In this document: piece after piece, positions 38,001 through 51,133 of the stretch | Layout: every line of letters begins with the position of its first letter | How positions within the stretch are numbered: position 1 is the stretch's first letter | Made by a program: the position numbers and the translations under genes | The notes under the pieces: model-generated | What the model saw: the letters and a program-made list of their open reading frames with translations, nothing else | The model's database searches: none | Told to the model about the DNA's origin: nothing | NCBI GenBank assembly: GCA_016748015.1 | Contig: JAAOMT010000534.1 | Span: forward strand, 138,654 to 202,653 | Reading direction: 5' to 3' | From: Geosiphon pyriformis uo1 | Lineage: Eukaryota > Fungi > Glomeromycota | Length of the DNA: 64,000 nucleotides

Positions 38001-39717
38001 TAGTCCTGTAAACAATTTTTTGGCAGGGGTGGTGAAAATTTTTTTGAGAAATGAATTATCTTTGGCAAACAATTTACCTTGTGCTTTTTGTGGGTCTGGC
38101 AATTTTCCAATGTTTGGCATTCTGGATCAGTTTTTGTATTACAAATCCATTTTTTCATTAAAGTGTTTTGGTGTTGCTTTTGGTAACAGAATTTTTAACA
38201 AGAAAGGAAAGGTGATGGACTGGAAAACATTTCGGCATTGAAAGTGATTAAACCCGAGGGGCCCTGTGCCTTACTGGTTTTCTTTGATGTCTAATTTTAT
38301 GAACAATTCTGTTTCTTTGGGGGTTGGAGCTGTTTCTGCTACTAAGGAAGATATGCTAAGTGTCTTGAATTCTGATAAGTTCTCTGAGGTTTGTGATAGT
38401 TTGCTGGAGATGTGGTCTGATTGTATTGAGGTTTATACAAATGGGTCCTTAAGATGTGCTAGTTCTGTTAAGGTGGCAGGTAGAGCGGCTGCATACTTTT
38501 TGGCTGTAAATACAGACATTGGAGTTAAGGTCTCTGGACTTTTGTCCTCTACTTTAACTGAACTACAAGCTGTGGTGTTGGCTTTGGAGTGTGTTTCATC
38601 TTCTTGCTCAGTGATTTTGTACTCAGATAGTCAATCTGCGATTAATGCCTGTATTTCCGAGGCTTTTTTGACTGCACCTGACTTCCATAATCAATGTTGG
38701 ATCAAAAGATTGCAAATTGTCAATCTCCTTAGGGACAAAAATATTTCAATTAAGTAGGTGAAGGTTAAAGAACATTCAGATGTGTTGGGCAACATAAAGA
38801 CTAATGCACTGGCTAATGAGACTACTTCCTTATCTCTTTCTTTGCCAGTTAAAATCCAGAAGAGGTTTCTAGTTGCTGAGAAGACTGTTATTTCTGATAA
38901 TGTTCATCATTTTGCTTAGAACTTACACCAGTTAATATGCTGTGTTTATTGGGAGGCTGGTCTTGGTTTTAGTATTGTTCTGGATGTTATGATTAAAGAA
39001 ATAGATTGGGATGCTACTGTGACAGTTTGGCATTTTGATTTACACATGCTTTCTGAATTCACCAGTAGGAAGTCAGCCAATTTACGCACATATTTGATGA
39101 AGACTGTATATAAGTGACTGCCAGTTGCAGTTAGAAAAAGATTGTATAACAAAAGTTATCCTGGTGTTTTGTGTTTGCTGTGTAGTGAAATGGAGTTTTC
39201 TGATTATGTTTTTGCTTGTTTTGGTGACTCTGGTCTCCGTGGGAACATTTTGGTTGAAGCTGCTGAGAAATGGATGTCGATGTCTGGTCTTTTGAGTTCA
39301 TTTCCATCTGCTATTCTGCTCTTGCTCTCATCATGTTCTTTGAATGTAGATCTTTATACATTAGTGTGCAAGAGTTTTGTAATAAGAAATTGGTATGCTG
39401 AAGCTGTTTCAATTTTTGAGAGAAAAGAGAAAGCTATTCAGACCTTAGTAGAATATATCAGGTTTGTGGTAGAGTTGCAGCACACTCAGATATAGACTGT
39501 TAGGACCAAGCATAAAGTGAAGATAGAAAAGACTGGCTTGGTTGAAGATAATGGTGTGGTTTCTGGCTTGTTTAGCAGTGTAGTTTCTACATTGTCAGCT
39601 AGTATTGTCCACATGCTTGGTGTTATAAAATCTTTTGCTATTAGGTTTGATAGGTGCAAACTGTGTCATTTTTTCTCTGGTTTGGATGGTGATACTTTTG
39701 TTACCATAGGTGTGTAG
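35026..39717 (+). pseudogene. LINE ORF2: APE endonuclease-RT-RNase H-C-terminal Zn knuckle
   Basis: VTETK and LGGDFNE (APE); LQDMRKAYD, GLDQGEVFSP, FVDDT and YLG (RT); VYTNGS, TELQA and LYSDSQ (RH); CLLC...E..DYVFAC. Confidence 0.93.
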
Positions 39718-40499
39718 TGTTGCCTTGTCTGATCTAAATAGCTGACCACATGTTGTCTGTACATGAATTGCGTTTAGTTGGTTCCAATTAGTTTGGTTCT
39801 ATGTACTAGATAGCAATTGGGCTTCACTTGTAAAACTTGTAATAAAAAAAAAAAAAAAAAAAAAAAAAGCCAAATTTAATTTTTTTATAAAATACAAATT
39901 TATACAAATTTATAATACATAAAAATATTAGTCAATATTATAATAAATATTCATAATTAAGTAAAAAATATACATAAAATAAATATTTTAAACTAGTAAT
40001 AAAAAACTAATAAACACAAAAAAAACAAAAAATTAGAAATATTAAAGCCAAAATTACTTAATTAATATTATTAATATTAATATTTAAAAAATTTTTTATT
40101 ATTTAAAATTTTTTTTTTTAGTCTAAACTTGGAATAAAATTCAAAAATCTTAAAGAAAAAAATTTAATCAAACACCAAAATTAAGTTGGTTCAATAAAAT
40201 ATTTTTTAAATTATTAAAAAAACCAAAAATAAAAAAAGTTATATATAAAAATATTAAAAAAAATTTAACTCTATTTATATTTAAATATATAACTTTACTA
40301 TTATTAAAAATTAATTTTAATATAACTTTACTTTATATTATAAAACTTAAAGAAAAAAATGTTAACATATTTATATAACTTAAAAAAATCCAAAAAGCAA
40401 ATCAAGCCAATAATAAAAATAAACAAAAAAGTATTTAAATTTTATTATTCTTTCTTAAAAATATTGTTAATTTTTAATACTAAAATCTGAAAGCAAACT

Positions 40500-42205
40500 T
40501 TTAAACATTCAAAAAATTAAAATATTTTTCAATTTTAGATTTGAAAAATAGATATTAACAAGTTATTATAGATTTCAAAAATCATTAAAAAAAAGCATAT
40601 ACAATTTAAAAAAATATTATAAATTTAATATTATGTTTTTTAGATTATATAATATATTAACATTATTTTAAAAATTATTAAACATTGTTTTGATTAAACT
40701 TTTATAAAAATTAGTAGTTTCTACTTAAATAATTTTAATATTTATTTTTTAATTTTTAAAGTTTACTTAATTTACTTATAAAAAGTTTTTCTAATAATTA
40801 TGTAAAGCAGAATTAAATTTAAATATTAAAAAATATTACTTAAAAAGAATATTGGTTTTTTTGGCCATATTATTAGCCAAAAAAGATTATTAAAATACAA
40901 TAATTCAAAATTTTTTACAATACAACTGAATTACAAGAATTTTTAAGATTAATCTTTTATTATAAAAAATTAATCAAAGAATTCTTAAAAATTATCAACC
41001 TTTTTAACTATCTACTCAATAAAACTGTAAAATATTAATAGACATCTAAATAATAAACAGTTTTTAATATCTTCAAAATATAATTGATTACAGCTATAAT
41101 TATTGCTTATTTAAATTTTACCAAAAAATTTTAACTAATTATTAATGCTTTTAATATAGTATTTTATTTCAACTAAATAATAATAACAATAAAAAAATAA
41201 TTATATATGTTAGCAAAACTTTTAAGTTTATTAAAACCAAGTATTTTTCGACAAAATTAAAAACAGCAACAATAATCTGAACTTTTAAATATTTTTAATA
41301 TTATTATTAATAATATTAAACTCAAATAACTACATAAAACAGCAGAGCTTAATACCAAATAATTCTGTTAGATAAAACTTGTAACTAACTACAAATATAT
41401 TGTTTATTACAAATCAAAAAAATTACACAAAAACATTATTAGTCTTTTAAAAATAAAACAAAATTAACACCAACTAAATCACTATTTTAATAAACTTTTA
41501 ATAACAAAAATAAATTCAAAACACTATAATTATATTAAAAATTATTTAAAGATATTTACATTATTAAAAACTTGGTTTCCAAAGAAAAAATGTTTTAAAA
41601 TATTAAGCAAACCAATATTTTTTACAAAACAATGTTATATATTATTAAAATTACAAAAATCTAAACAATTTATTCAAATTAATTTTAAAACACAAAAAAA
41701 CAGTTTTATACAATATTTACTTAGATTTTTTATTAAAATATCTTTAAAAAATAGTATTATTTCAAAAATATTAAAATATTATTTTTGGCTTTATATACAA
41801 AAAACTATTTTAACTTTTGTAATAATTGTTAAAAAAGAAGAATAACTTGTTTTACAAAACTTTTTAATTCAATTAAAGTTGAACAACTATTTAATAAAGT
41901 TAAAATTAATTTAATAAGATTAATATTTATTCTAATTAAAAAAACTAATACATTATAATACTAATAAATTATTTTACAAAATAATCAAAAGCAAAAACCA
42001 TCTAAAAAGCAAATGCAAAATTTATAACAAATTTTATCTATAAAAATATTATTGTAATTACAAATATTTAATTAAATTTTTATATAATCAAAAACACAGT
42101 TTGTAAATAATTAAATACATAAATTTACATATATTACAATATTAAAAGACTATTATTTTTGTTATATTATCTCTAAACAAATAAATTTGTAGAATGTTTT
42201 ATCAA
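40500..42205 (+). mobile_element. Extremely decayed gypsy pol (RT-RH-IN)
   Basis: Ghost motifs in the correct order: LDLKNRY*QV (LDLxSGYWQV, ~40535), YKFNIMFFRLYN (YEFNVMPFGL, ~40620), FFGHIIS (~40860), YVSKT (YASRT, ~41210), IKVEQLFNKVKINL (~41875), INYFTK*SKAK (~41965). Confidence 0.75.
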
Positions 42206-42247
42206 TCAATTTTAAACAAAATAAAATATTTTTATTTTATCATATAA

Positions 42248-44153
42248 CAAATAAAATCTGTGATAATTAGTTATGTAATATAAAACCTGTAAAAATTATG
42301 TAAAATCTATAATAGATTGAATAAAATTTGTAATAAGATAAAAATCTATAAATTTTGTAATTATATCTGGTAAAATCTGTAATAAATTGTATTTTATTGG
42401 CTATATTATGTAAAAAACAGTCTATTATTATGTTTATTCAATATATTTATATTAATACACATAATTTAATTTGTAGAAAACCACAAGTTCTAGTATTATT
42501 AGGAAATAATTATTTCGTGTAGATTAGAATTCAAATTAACAGATAAAAAAACTCCAAAAACTGTTTTCACAAATACTTATATGGCTAAAAAATACTATCA
42601 TTAAAGACTAAAAAGCTTGAGTAAAATATTTATATTTTTACTTGTATTTTAATCTTTTCTTAGGTATTGTTATCTGAGTAGAAAAACTAATCAAGAATTT
42701 AAACAAGTAGAAATAACAGACAGAAAAAAACAGAATTAAATTCATTTAAGTTTTTAATAACATTTTTAGACTCACTTTTCTTCTTAAATCTTTTTATCTC
42801 TTATCACCTCAATAAGAGATATAATTAAACTTTTCAAAATCTCATGATTCTAAAAACTTGTACTTGATATTTAATTTCCTATTAAAATCATTTATTTCTA
42901 TTTTAGGTCAGATGCAATTAGCATAAATACTTGTAAAACTTTAATAACTTAGACCAATTGCTCTTAATTATAGCAATTAATGGAATACTAATTTTTTTTC
43001 TATTTCATTTTCTTTTATTCTTTTTTTTTATTCTTTTTTATTCTTTCTTTCTCTTGTAGAACAGCAACATTGAAAATTGACTGTTTTGGAAGCTTTTTCT
43101 AAGTGTTGAATATTAATTTTATTCTGTTAGCTTACCAGAAAGATGAAAAGACACTGCTGAACTTTAGCAATTGTAATCAACTAATGTGGAATAATACTAC
43201 AATAACATAACTACGAATATAACATTTTTGTGTCTTATAATAAAAGAATTTAACAGATAAAATAAAAATAACAACTAATCTTCAGAAATTGATAGACTAA
43301 TTTATTAGAAAACCGAATACAACTACAAGACCTTTAAATCTGTACTTTATTTTATTATTAACTTTCTATTACTAAATCACGAGTGCCAGATGTTATAATA
43401 TCATTTACCAAATATACTTATAATAGTATTTTTACTAATATACAGATAATACTGTATCAAAAAAACAAATTAACTAGCAACTGTCTCTAATTTTTGCCAT
43501 TAATATTACAGAAATCAGCACTATTAATAAAAAGACATCTTTTTAGAACAAAGATTTACTGAAAAAAGTCAATTTTTTTAAAGGAAATCAAATTAAAAAC
43601 AAAGATAAATTTGAATTAAGTTTATTATTTATTGTATTTATTTATTAATTTTTAATAAAGATATTGTTTCATAAGAGTTTTTTTTGTAATAGCATTTATT
43701 ATATTGCCAATATTTGTTTAAAAAATATTACAATAAATTGCAAAAAATTTATAAAGCAAGAACAATAAAAATTGAAAGTTTATATCTTTTTTTCAAAAGT
43801 GATTAAACAATAAATTTTGTTATTTATAAAAAAATTTAAGTTTTTTGCAATAAAAATTAATTATTATATGTAATAAAAAGAATCTTTATTTTTAAGCTTA
43901 TTTATTTTAGTAATAACAGTATTATTTATTTGAATTTTTCATTCAAAGTTGTGCCACTTAGTTTGGTTAACTTTACAGTATTTTTAATTAAGTTTGTTCT
44001 TAAAAGATGCTGTTACTCTTAAAAAATATTTATTTATTACAAATTTTATCTGGGTTTTATAGATTTTTATTTTATTGCAAATTTTATCCAGTTTATTATA
44101 GATTTTATATTACATAATTGATTATTATATTGGTTATCTTAGATTTTACTCTG
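42248..44153. mobile_element. Decayed element with internally repetitive terminal inverted repeats (putative non-autonomous DNA transposon)
   Basis: 42248-42390 and 44030-44153 are imperfect reverse complements built from AAAATCTRTAATA units. No TSD is readable. Confidence 0.55.
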
Positions 44154-47121
44154 TTTTTTTATTATTATTATTATTATTATTATAATAAAACACATATTAT
44201 TTAACATTATGAATTAATTTTTCAGTAAAAATTTACTTAAAATTTTTAAAATATTTTATAGATTATACAAGTTAAAACTTGATAATAAAATTTTAAAAAA
44301 ATTATATAACAATAAATTTAAATACTATCTTTAATTTTATAAATTAGTACATAATTTTTTTTAATTAATTTTAAAGATATTTTCTGAAACTGAAAACCAG
44401 TAATTATTATTAAACAATACCCAAATTTCAACACTTAAATTGTTTTATAATAAATTAATTTTTTTTCTTAAAAGTTTAACCAAATATTTAACAAAAATAA
44501 TTAAATAATTAAATAAAAATATATATAACTTATATATATTAAAAATAATTGTTTTTTTAAAAAAATCAATTATTTTCCTTTTAATATTTTTATAATAATT
44601 ATTTTTATAATTAGAAAAATGCTTAATAAAATAAAAATTAAATTTAAAACAACAAATTTTATCTTAAAAATTACATAAAAACAAATACACAATAAATTTA
44701 AAACAATAATTGAATTAATAAATACTTATAACAAAATTAAAACAACTTTTATATTTTACAACTTATTTAATATTTGCAAAAATGTTTTATAAAACAGAAT
44801 ATAAGAATTTTTAAAAATTTAATATATTAAAAAGCTTATTGAACTAAAATTTTAATAATTTTTAGATTAAATTACTTCAATTATTCTGAATTATTATTCG
44901 AAAATAATAGATAATATTTAAACTTTAATAAAGTTTAGTTTAAGAAAATAATTATGTTATTAAGTAAAAATTAAATTATTAATAGAAATTGTTTTTATAT
45001 AATATTACTTTATTTTTATTACTTATTATTTAGTTATATTATTAAATATTACTATTTAATTAATTATTTAATTTGTATAATATACAAATATAACTAATAT
45101 AATAATTAAATTATATAATATACCAACTATATAACATTTAAAAATTTGCCAAAATATTTAGAAATTCAATATTATTTTGGCAAAAAGTCAAATATTTTAA
45201 TATGTTTTTTTTAAAAATTAAAATTAAATAAATTTTTATTAACAAAAAAATTCCAAAATATTTGTGTGATTTTTCTTTTTTTGCAACAAAAATAGACAAA
45301 TTATTAATACTTAAAAAGATTTTTTTAACTTTTTAAATAATAATAATAGCTATAGTTTTGTTATTATTAATTAAAATATTATTTTTCTTAAAAGTTTGTT
45401 AGTAATATTCAAAATATACTAAATAATAATCTGAATATTTCCAATAAAAATCATTATTATCAATAAAAAATTAATTTAGTTTTGACTTTGTTTTTTTTAG
45501 TTTTGGCAGCAAACTTAATATTAATTCTGTAATTATTTAATCTTTTATGTTTTTTGACTTTATATAAGAGAAAATAATATAAAATTTTTTAAAAAAATAA
45601 AGAAAATATCTTTTTTTAATTTAAATTATTATGTACTTTGTGATTATTTATTAAATCAAAATTTATTATTAATTTTGTTATTATAAATATGGCCAAAAAA
45701 TTTGATAAATTTTTTACATATTTTAATTTTGATTAAACTACTTTTTAAGTAATGCTATTTTACATAAATATATATTTTGTATATGTTCTATAATATTAAT
45801 TACAACTTTTAATTTTTTAAAACATTTTTAATTAATAAATCTATTATAAAAATAAAAAATTATTGAAATTTTTTTTAAAACCAAAAAATTATCTTCATAA
45901 AAAACATTAGATTTGCTTTAAATAAGAGAATCTGATTAAAAAAATCTTAGAAAGTATCTTAAAAGTTTTAATCAAAGCAATAAGCCAAGTATTTATTAAA
46001 ATATTTTAATAATTATAAAATTTAAGAATTATTAATATTTAAGTTTCGTTTTATAACTTAAAAACTAATTTACTTAGCAAATATATATTTTGCAAATTTA
46101 ATAATAAATCCAAAATAAAATTTTATAATGTTTTTATAATTTATTTGAAATATTAAACAAATCAACAGTTTTTTTATCTGGTAGATTCTTGATTATATTT
46201 ATTTATTTATTATGTTTATTTTTTTTATTAATTTATTTTTTTATAATTTAATTTATCTTTAAAATAAGTTTATTTTTACAATTAAATAATTTAAAACCAC
46301 TTTTAAAATACTTTTAATTATGTAATTTTTATTACAAACCAAAATTTTTATATACTTAATAATAACAAAGTTTATTTTAAATTTTCAGTTATCTGAAATT
46401 TATAGAGCTTGAAAACTTAATAAATTTTTTTTATATTAAATAAAATTAACTTACATTTATTATTTTCTAAATCTTTAAAGTTTTTTACTTATTAAAAAAT
46501 AATTATACAAGCAAAAGTTTTTTAATTTGTTCCTAAATTTTAATTTTAATTTTTTAAATATATTTAAATACTAAATATTCTAATTTAAAAAACTTAAAAA
46601 ACAGCAATCTTAAACTTATAAAATCAAGTTTTAGAGAATATTTTATTAGTTAATATGTATATAACTTTACATATAAAAGCATGAATTATATTTATATTTT
46701 TTTTTAATTATTTTTTTTATAATTTTTTGCATTTATTGTTTTGCATTTTTATTGATTTTTATTGATTTCTTCAGAAATCTTTCCACAATAAAATTTTTTA
46801 TAAACGTATTAATTATATATTTAAAAAACCATTTAAACCTACTAATATAAAATTAATTTTGTAATTAAGATCAAAAAACTTATTTATTTTATATATTTTT
46901 GCCTAATAATAATGTTAATTAAAAATTTATTAACCAAAAACTTACTAAAAAATATATAATAAATCAGCTTTTTTTTTTTAAAAAATTAATTTAAATCAGA
47001 ATTTTGGCCATAGAACAGTCTATCAAAAAATTTTACAAACTTGTTTCCAATTATTTTCTTAAATTAATACTTTGTTTAATACTATTTTTATTAAAATTAC
47101 CATTCAAAACTACAAATATAC

Positions 47122-47693
47122 TGTTATAGTCGAATATAATAAGCAAAGAAAAACAATATTATATAGTAATAAAAATAAAAAAGAGTAATTTAACTTTTAA
47201 TAAGCAAATTAAATTAGTAAGAATTTAATATGTGAAATCAGTTTCATAAATATCTTAGTTGCTATTTTTTTCAAAAAATAAAAAAAGAATCTGAAGGTAA
47301 AAGAATAGTTCATATTGTTAACAAAAAATAATACATTAGTATAATTCTATGTTTTATATTAACACTCTTATAATTCAATATTAGATATTAGTTGTATTTT
47401 TTAATAAAAATTTATTTAATATATTTTACAAAAAACTAAAAATTATACAAATCAAGAATAAATTTTTACAGTTTTGAGAAGTTTCATATATATACTTGTA
47501 AAAAAAATAATAATTTGGCCAATTATTAAGTTAATAATCGAATTAATAATTAAGTCAATAATCAAGCATAAGTTAATAATTATATTAATAACTACTTTTA
47601 AAAATAAAATAGCTAATTAATAACTAATAAATATAACAAACTATTGGTTAAGTAAATAAATAAAACTTAAAAAGTAAAATTTTAATTATATCA
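47122..47693 (-). mobile_element. Decayed solo LTR related to element B
   Basis: Collinear with the B LTR (TGTGAAATCAGTTTCATAAA, GAATCTGAAGGTA, GTATAATTCTATG, eroded 12-bp array at about 47520-47590). TG...CA ends and ATAC TSD at 47118-47121 and 47694-47697. Confidence 0.85.
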
Positions 47694-50600
47694 ATACTAA
47701 TATTTACTGTTTTGACAATTATAGCATTAATATAATTAATTTATACTTAAAAAACCTTTTGCAAAAAGACTTAAAATTAAAATTAAAAGCTTATTATTAA
47801 ATAATAAACATATTAATAAAAACCAGTTTGGCATTTTAAAAACTTTATGTATATATTTAACTATAATATTGCTCAATATAACTGTTATTCTAAAATTTAA
47901 ATAATCAAAATCCAAATCATAAATAAAAATTCTGATTTTATCAAATTTTTTTATAATTTATAATTTACTTAACTTCTTGATTTTGTTTTAATAATAATAA
48001 AAACCAAATATTAATTTTTTTATACTATTTAATAATAGTTTTTTGCTTAGCAAATTGTTTATTTCTTTTATATTGTAAATAAAAAATTTTTAAATCAAAT
48101 TAATTATCAGAAAAATAAAATATTAGATTTATTTTCGGCAAAAAAAACATTTAATTTTGATAAAACAACATTAAAAAACTTTCAAGCTTTATTATTTTGG
48201 TCTTTAGACTATTTAGAGACTTAAAAATCTAAGAAAAGCAAACTATTAGTTGTTTTTAAAAACTTATTTAGATCTATATTCAAATCAAAAACAAATTCTA
48301 AAAAAATAGCAACAAATATCTAAAAAACAAATATTTAATTTAAATATCAAATTTAAGATTTTCAAAAATAGTTTTATGTTTTTTTAAATATATTTAACTT
48401 CAGATCTAAAGTAAATAACAAAAAACTTAAAAACTTATTAATTATATTTGTATTAAAATTAATTAAATAAATCAAATACATAATTTAATAATATTTATTT
48501 TTTTAAAAGTATTTATTTTAAAGTTTAAAGAAACATTATTTTTATAATTAATATTAAAACTAGTGTTAATTATTTAAGGTTTTTTATTATATGCTTAAAA
48601 TTAATTAATAATGCCAAAAACAATTGTTTTGCTATTTGAAAATAAATAGAATTCTTTATGTTTTTTTATTGTTTTTTTTTTAAGTAAAACTATTTTTGAT
48701 AAAATCATATACAATACTTTTTACAAACTTTTTTTTAATAATATTACTACTAATAACAGCCATTAATTCTTAAACAAATGAGTTTATATTTTAAAAAAAA
48801 TTTGAAAAAACTATAAAAAATAAAAACGAAACTTTTTTTCAAAAAATTTTTACTTTTTAAAAAATTTTAAATGTAAAAAAAAGGTTTTTCTGTTTTTATT
48901 ATTTCTAAATTATTAATATTTATATTTTTTTAAAAATACAAAAAAAACTTTAAATAATAAGCAAAAACTTGTAATAATTATGTTTAAAAACTAATATTTT
49001 AATATTAATAATATTAATTTTATTAACCCAAAAATTAAAATAAAAAAATGCTTTTTAAATTATATTATTGTTTTTGTTACAATTTTTTAATTTATAATTA
49101 TATTTTTATAATTAATGTTTAGTTTATATTAACTTAATTTTTATTAAGCTTAAACCAAATACTATATTAATAACAACTTGTTTTAAAAGAAAAAAAACAA
49201 AAAATAATTAATTATAATATTTTATACCAATATTAATAACTTAAATAAAATAAAAATTCTTTATTATATTGTTTTAAAAATATGAATTAAAACAATTTTC
49301 ATATTATATATAATATTTTAAATTTAATTTATAAATATTAACATTATTAAACAATTTATTATTAATAATAATATATAATTTTTTTTAATACAATTTTTTT
49401 TTAGTACTTGTTAATTCTAATAATTATAATAATACTAATAATAACATTAAAATAAAAAACTCTTTTTTTTGTATTTTTATAATTATAATTAAAACAAAAA
49501 ATAAAAAAGATGACTTTTATTTTTTATAGTTTTAAACTATAAAAACAATTAAATATACTTTATAAAAATGTTTTTTTTAAATAATATAAAATTTGAACAA
49601 TTTTTTTGTTTTGGTTAAAAGTATTTTTTAAGTTTTTTAAAGCAATATAACAAAAAAAATATTAGTATAATTACTACAATTACAAAAAACTTTCAAAATT
49701 ATTAATTATAAACTGTTAACTAAGTTATTATTTTTTATTATCAATTTTTTTTTACTTCAAATAATTAAAAAACTAAAACAATAAAAAAATAATACAATTA
49801 AATTTTTTAAAATATTATTTTTAAATTAAAGTTGGTCTTTTTTTTATATAAAATAAAGCTTATGCTTTTTTAGTTTTTTTAATGTTTTTGTTAATTTTGT
49901 TTTATTAAAATTAATTATATTGCTTAATTTTATTTTGATTGTAAATAATAACTTTTTTTTTATTTTAAATTATAATATTAATATATTTGTTAAATATAGT
50001 ATCAATTAACAATTAGCTATATTGTTTAATATAGTAAATTTTGATTAATTATTACTAGTTTTAAAAGCAAACAAATTATATTTTAATATGTAATTTTTTA
50101 GTTATATTATTAAATTAATAAGCTAATAATTTATAATATTAATTTTAAAGTGTGTTTTCTCTTTTTTAGACTATTATAATATTAAATTACATTATTATTA
50201 TAATTAAATTGCTAAATATTTTCTGTGCTTTTTTTGGCTGTTTTAAATTAATTACAAATTCTAAATAAAAAAATAAAAAAATAAAAATTTTATTAATTAA
50301 TATGATTTAAATTATGAAAATTTTTAAAAAATTATACAATCTGTATCTAATTTTGGCTAAAAAAGTAAATAAATTTTTTAGCAATTAAAACAAAAAATTA
50401 ATTCATAAATTTGTAAGTAAAAAAGATTTAAAAAACAAAAAAATAGATTTTTTTGTTCTAATACCAATAAAAATAGAAATACGTTTTTTTTAAATTAAAG
50501 CTATTTATATATATACATATTTTCTGTTTTACAAAATAGTTTCCAAAAGCTTAATATTTTATTATCATTAATTATTGTGTATTATTTTGTGTTTTTACAT

Positions 50601-51095
50601 ATTTTTTTATGTTATTGCTTATTATTACATGTTAATTATGTTTTTCCTATAATTGATTAGTTTTTTACTTGAATATTTAATAATATTGTACATTATTTTA
50701 TGTTATTACATATTATTATTTAATTATAATTGATTAATTTTTTACTTATATAATATTTTTAAAAAATTATTAATATTATTAAAAATTTCTGAATAAGTAA
50801 TATCTAATTTATTTTTAATATTATTTTTATAATCAAAATAACTTATATTAAAATTGTGTTTAGTTTTTACATAATTTATTAAATAAAAATAAAAATTTGT
50901 TATTCAAAAAAGTTTTTAATAGTACTATTATCAAAATTAATACTTTGTAAAAATGTATATTTAATAGAAAACTTTTAAACATTTATATTACTACAAATAC
51001 AATATAATAATAATACATAACTAAATTATTTGTTTATTTTACTAATAATCTTAAATAATATTGAAATAACTGGTTATTTATAATAATTTATAGCC

Positions 51096-51133
51096 AAATA
51101 ATTCAAGTTATTTACAAATAACTTGAATTATTT
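51096..51133. repeat. Perfect 18-bp inverted repeat with 2-nt spacer
   Basis: AAATAATTCAAGTTATTT-AC-AAATAACTTGAATTATTT. Confidence 0.9.

Larger units (their letters stand above)
33025..39868 (+). mobile_element. LINE copy 2, full length (about 6.8 kb), with poly(A) tail
   Basis: 5' UTR homologous to copy 1, then ORF1 and ORF2, with AATAAA running into 25 A at 39844-39868. Confidence 0.95.

Noticed and set aside
47200-47270. LINE C-terminal zinc-knuckle remnant
   Set aside because: Better explained as part of the B-family solo LTR.
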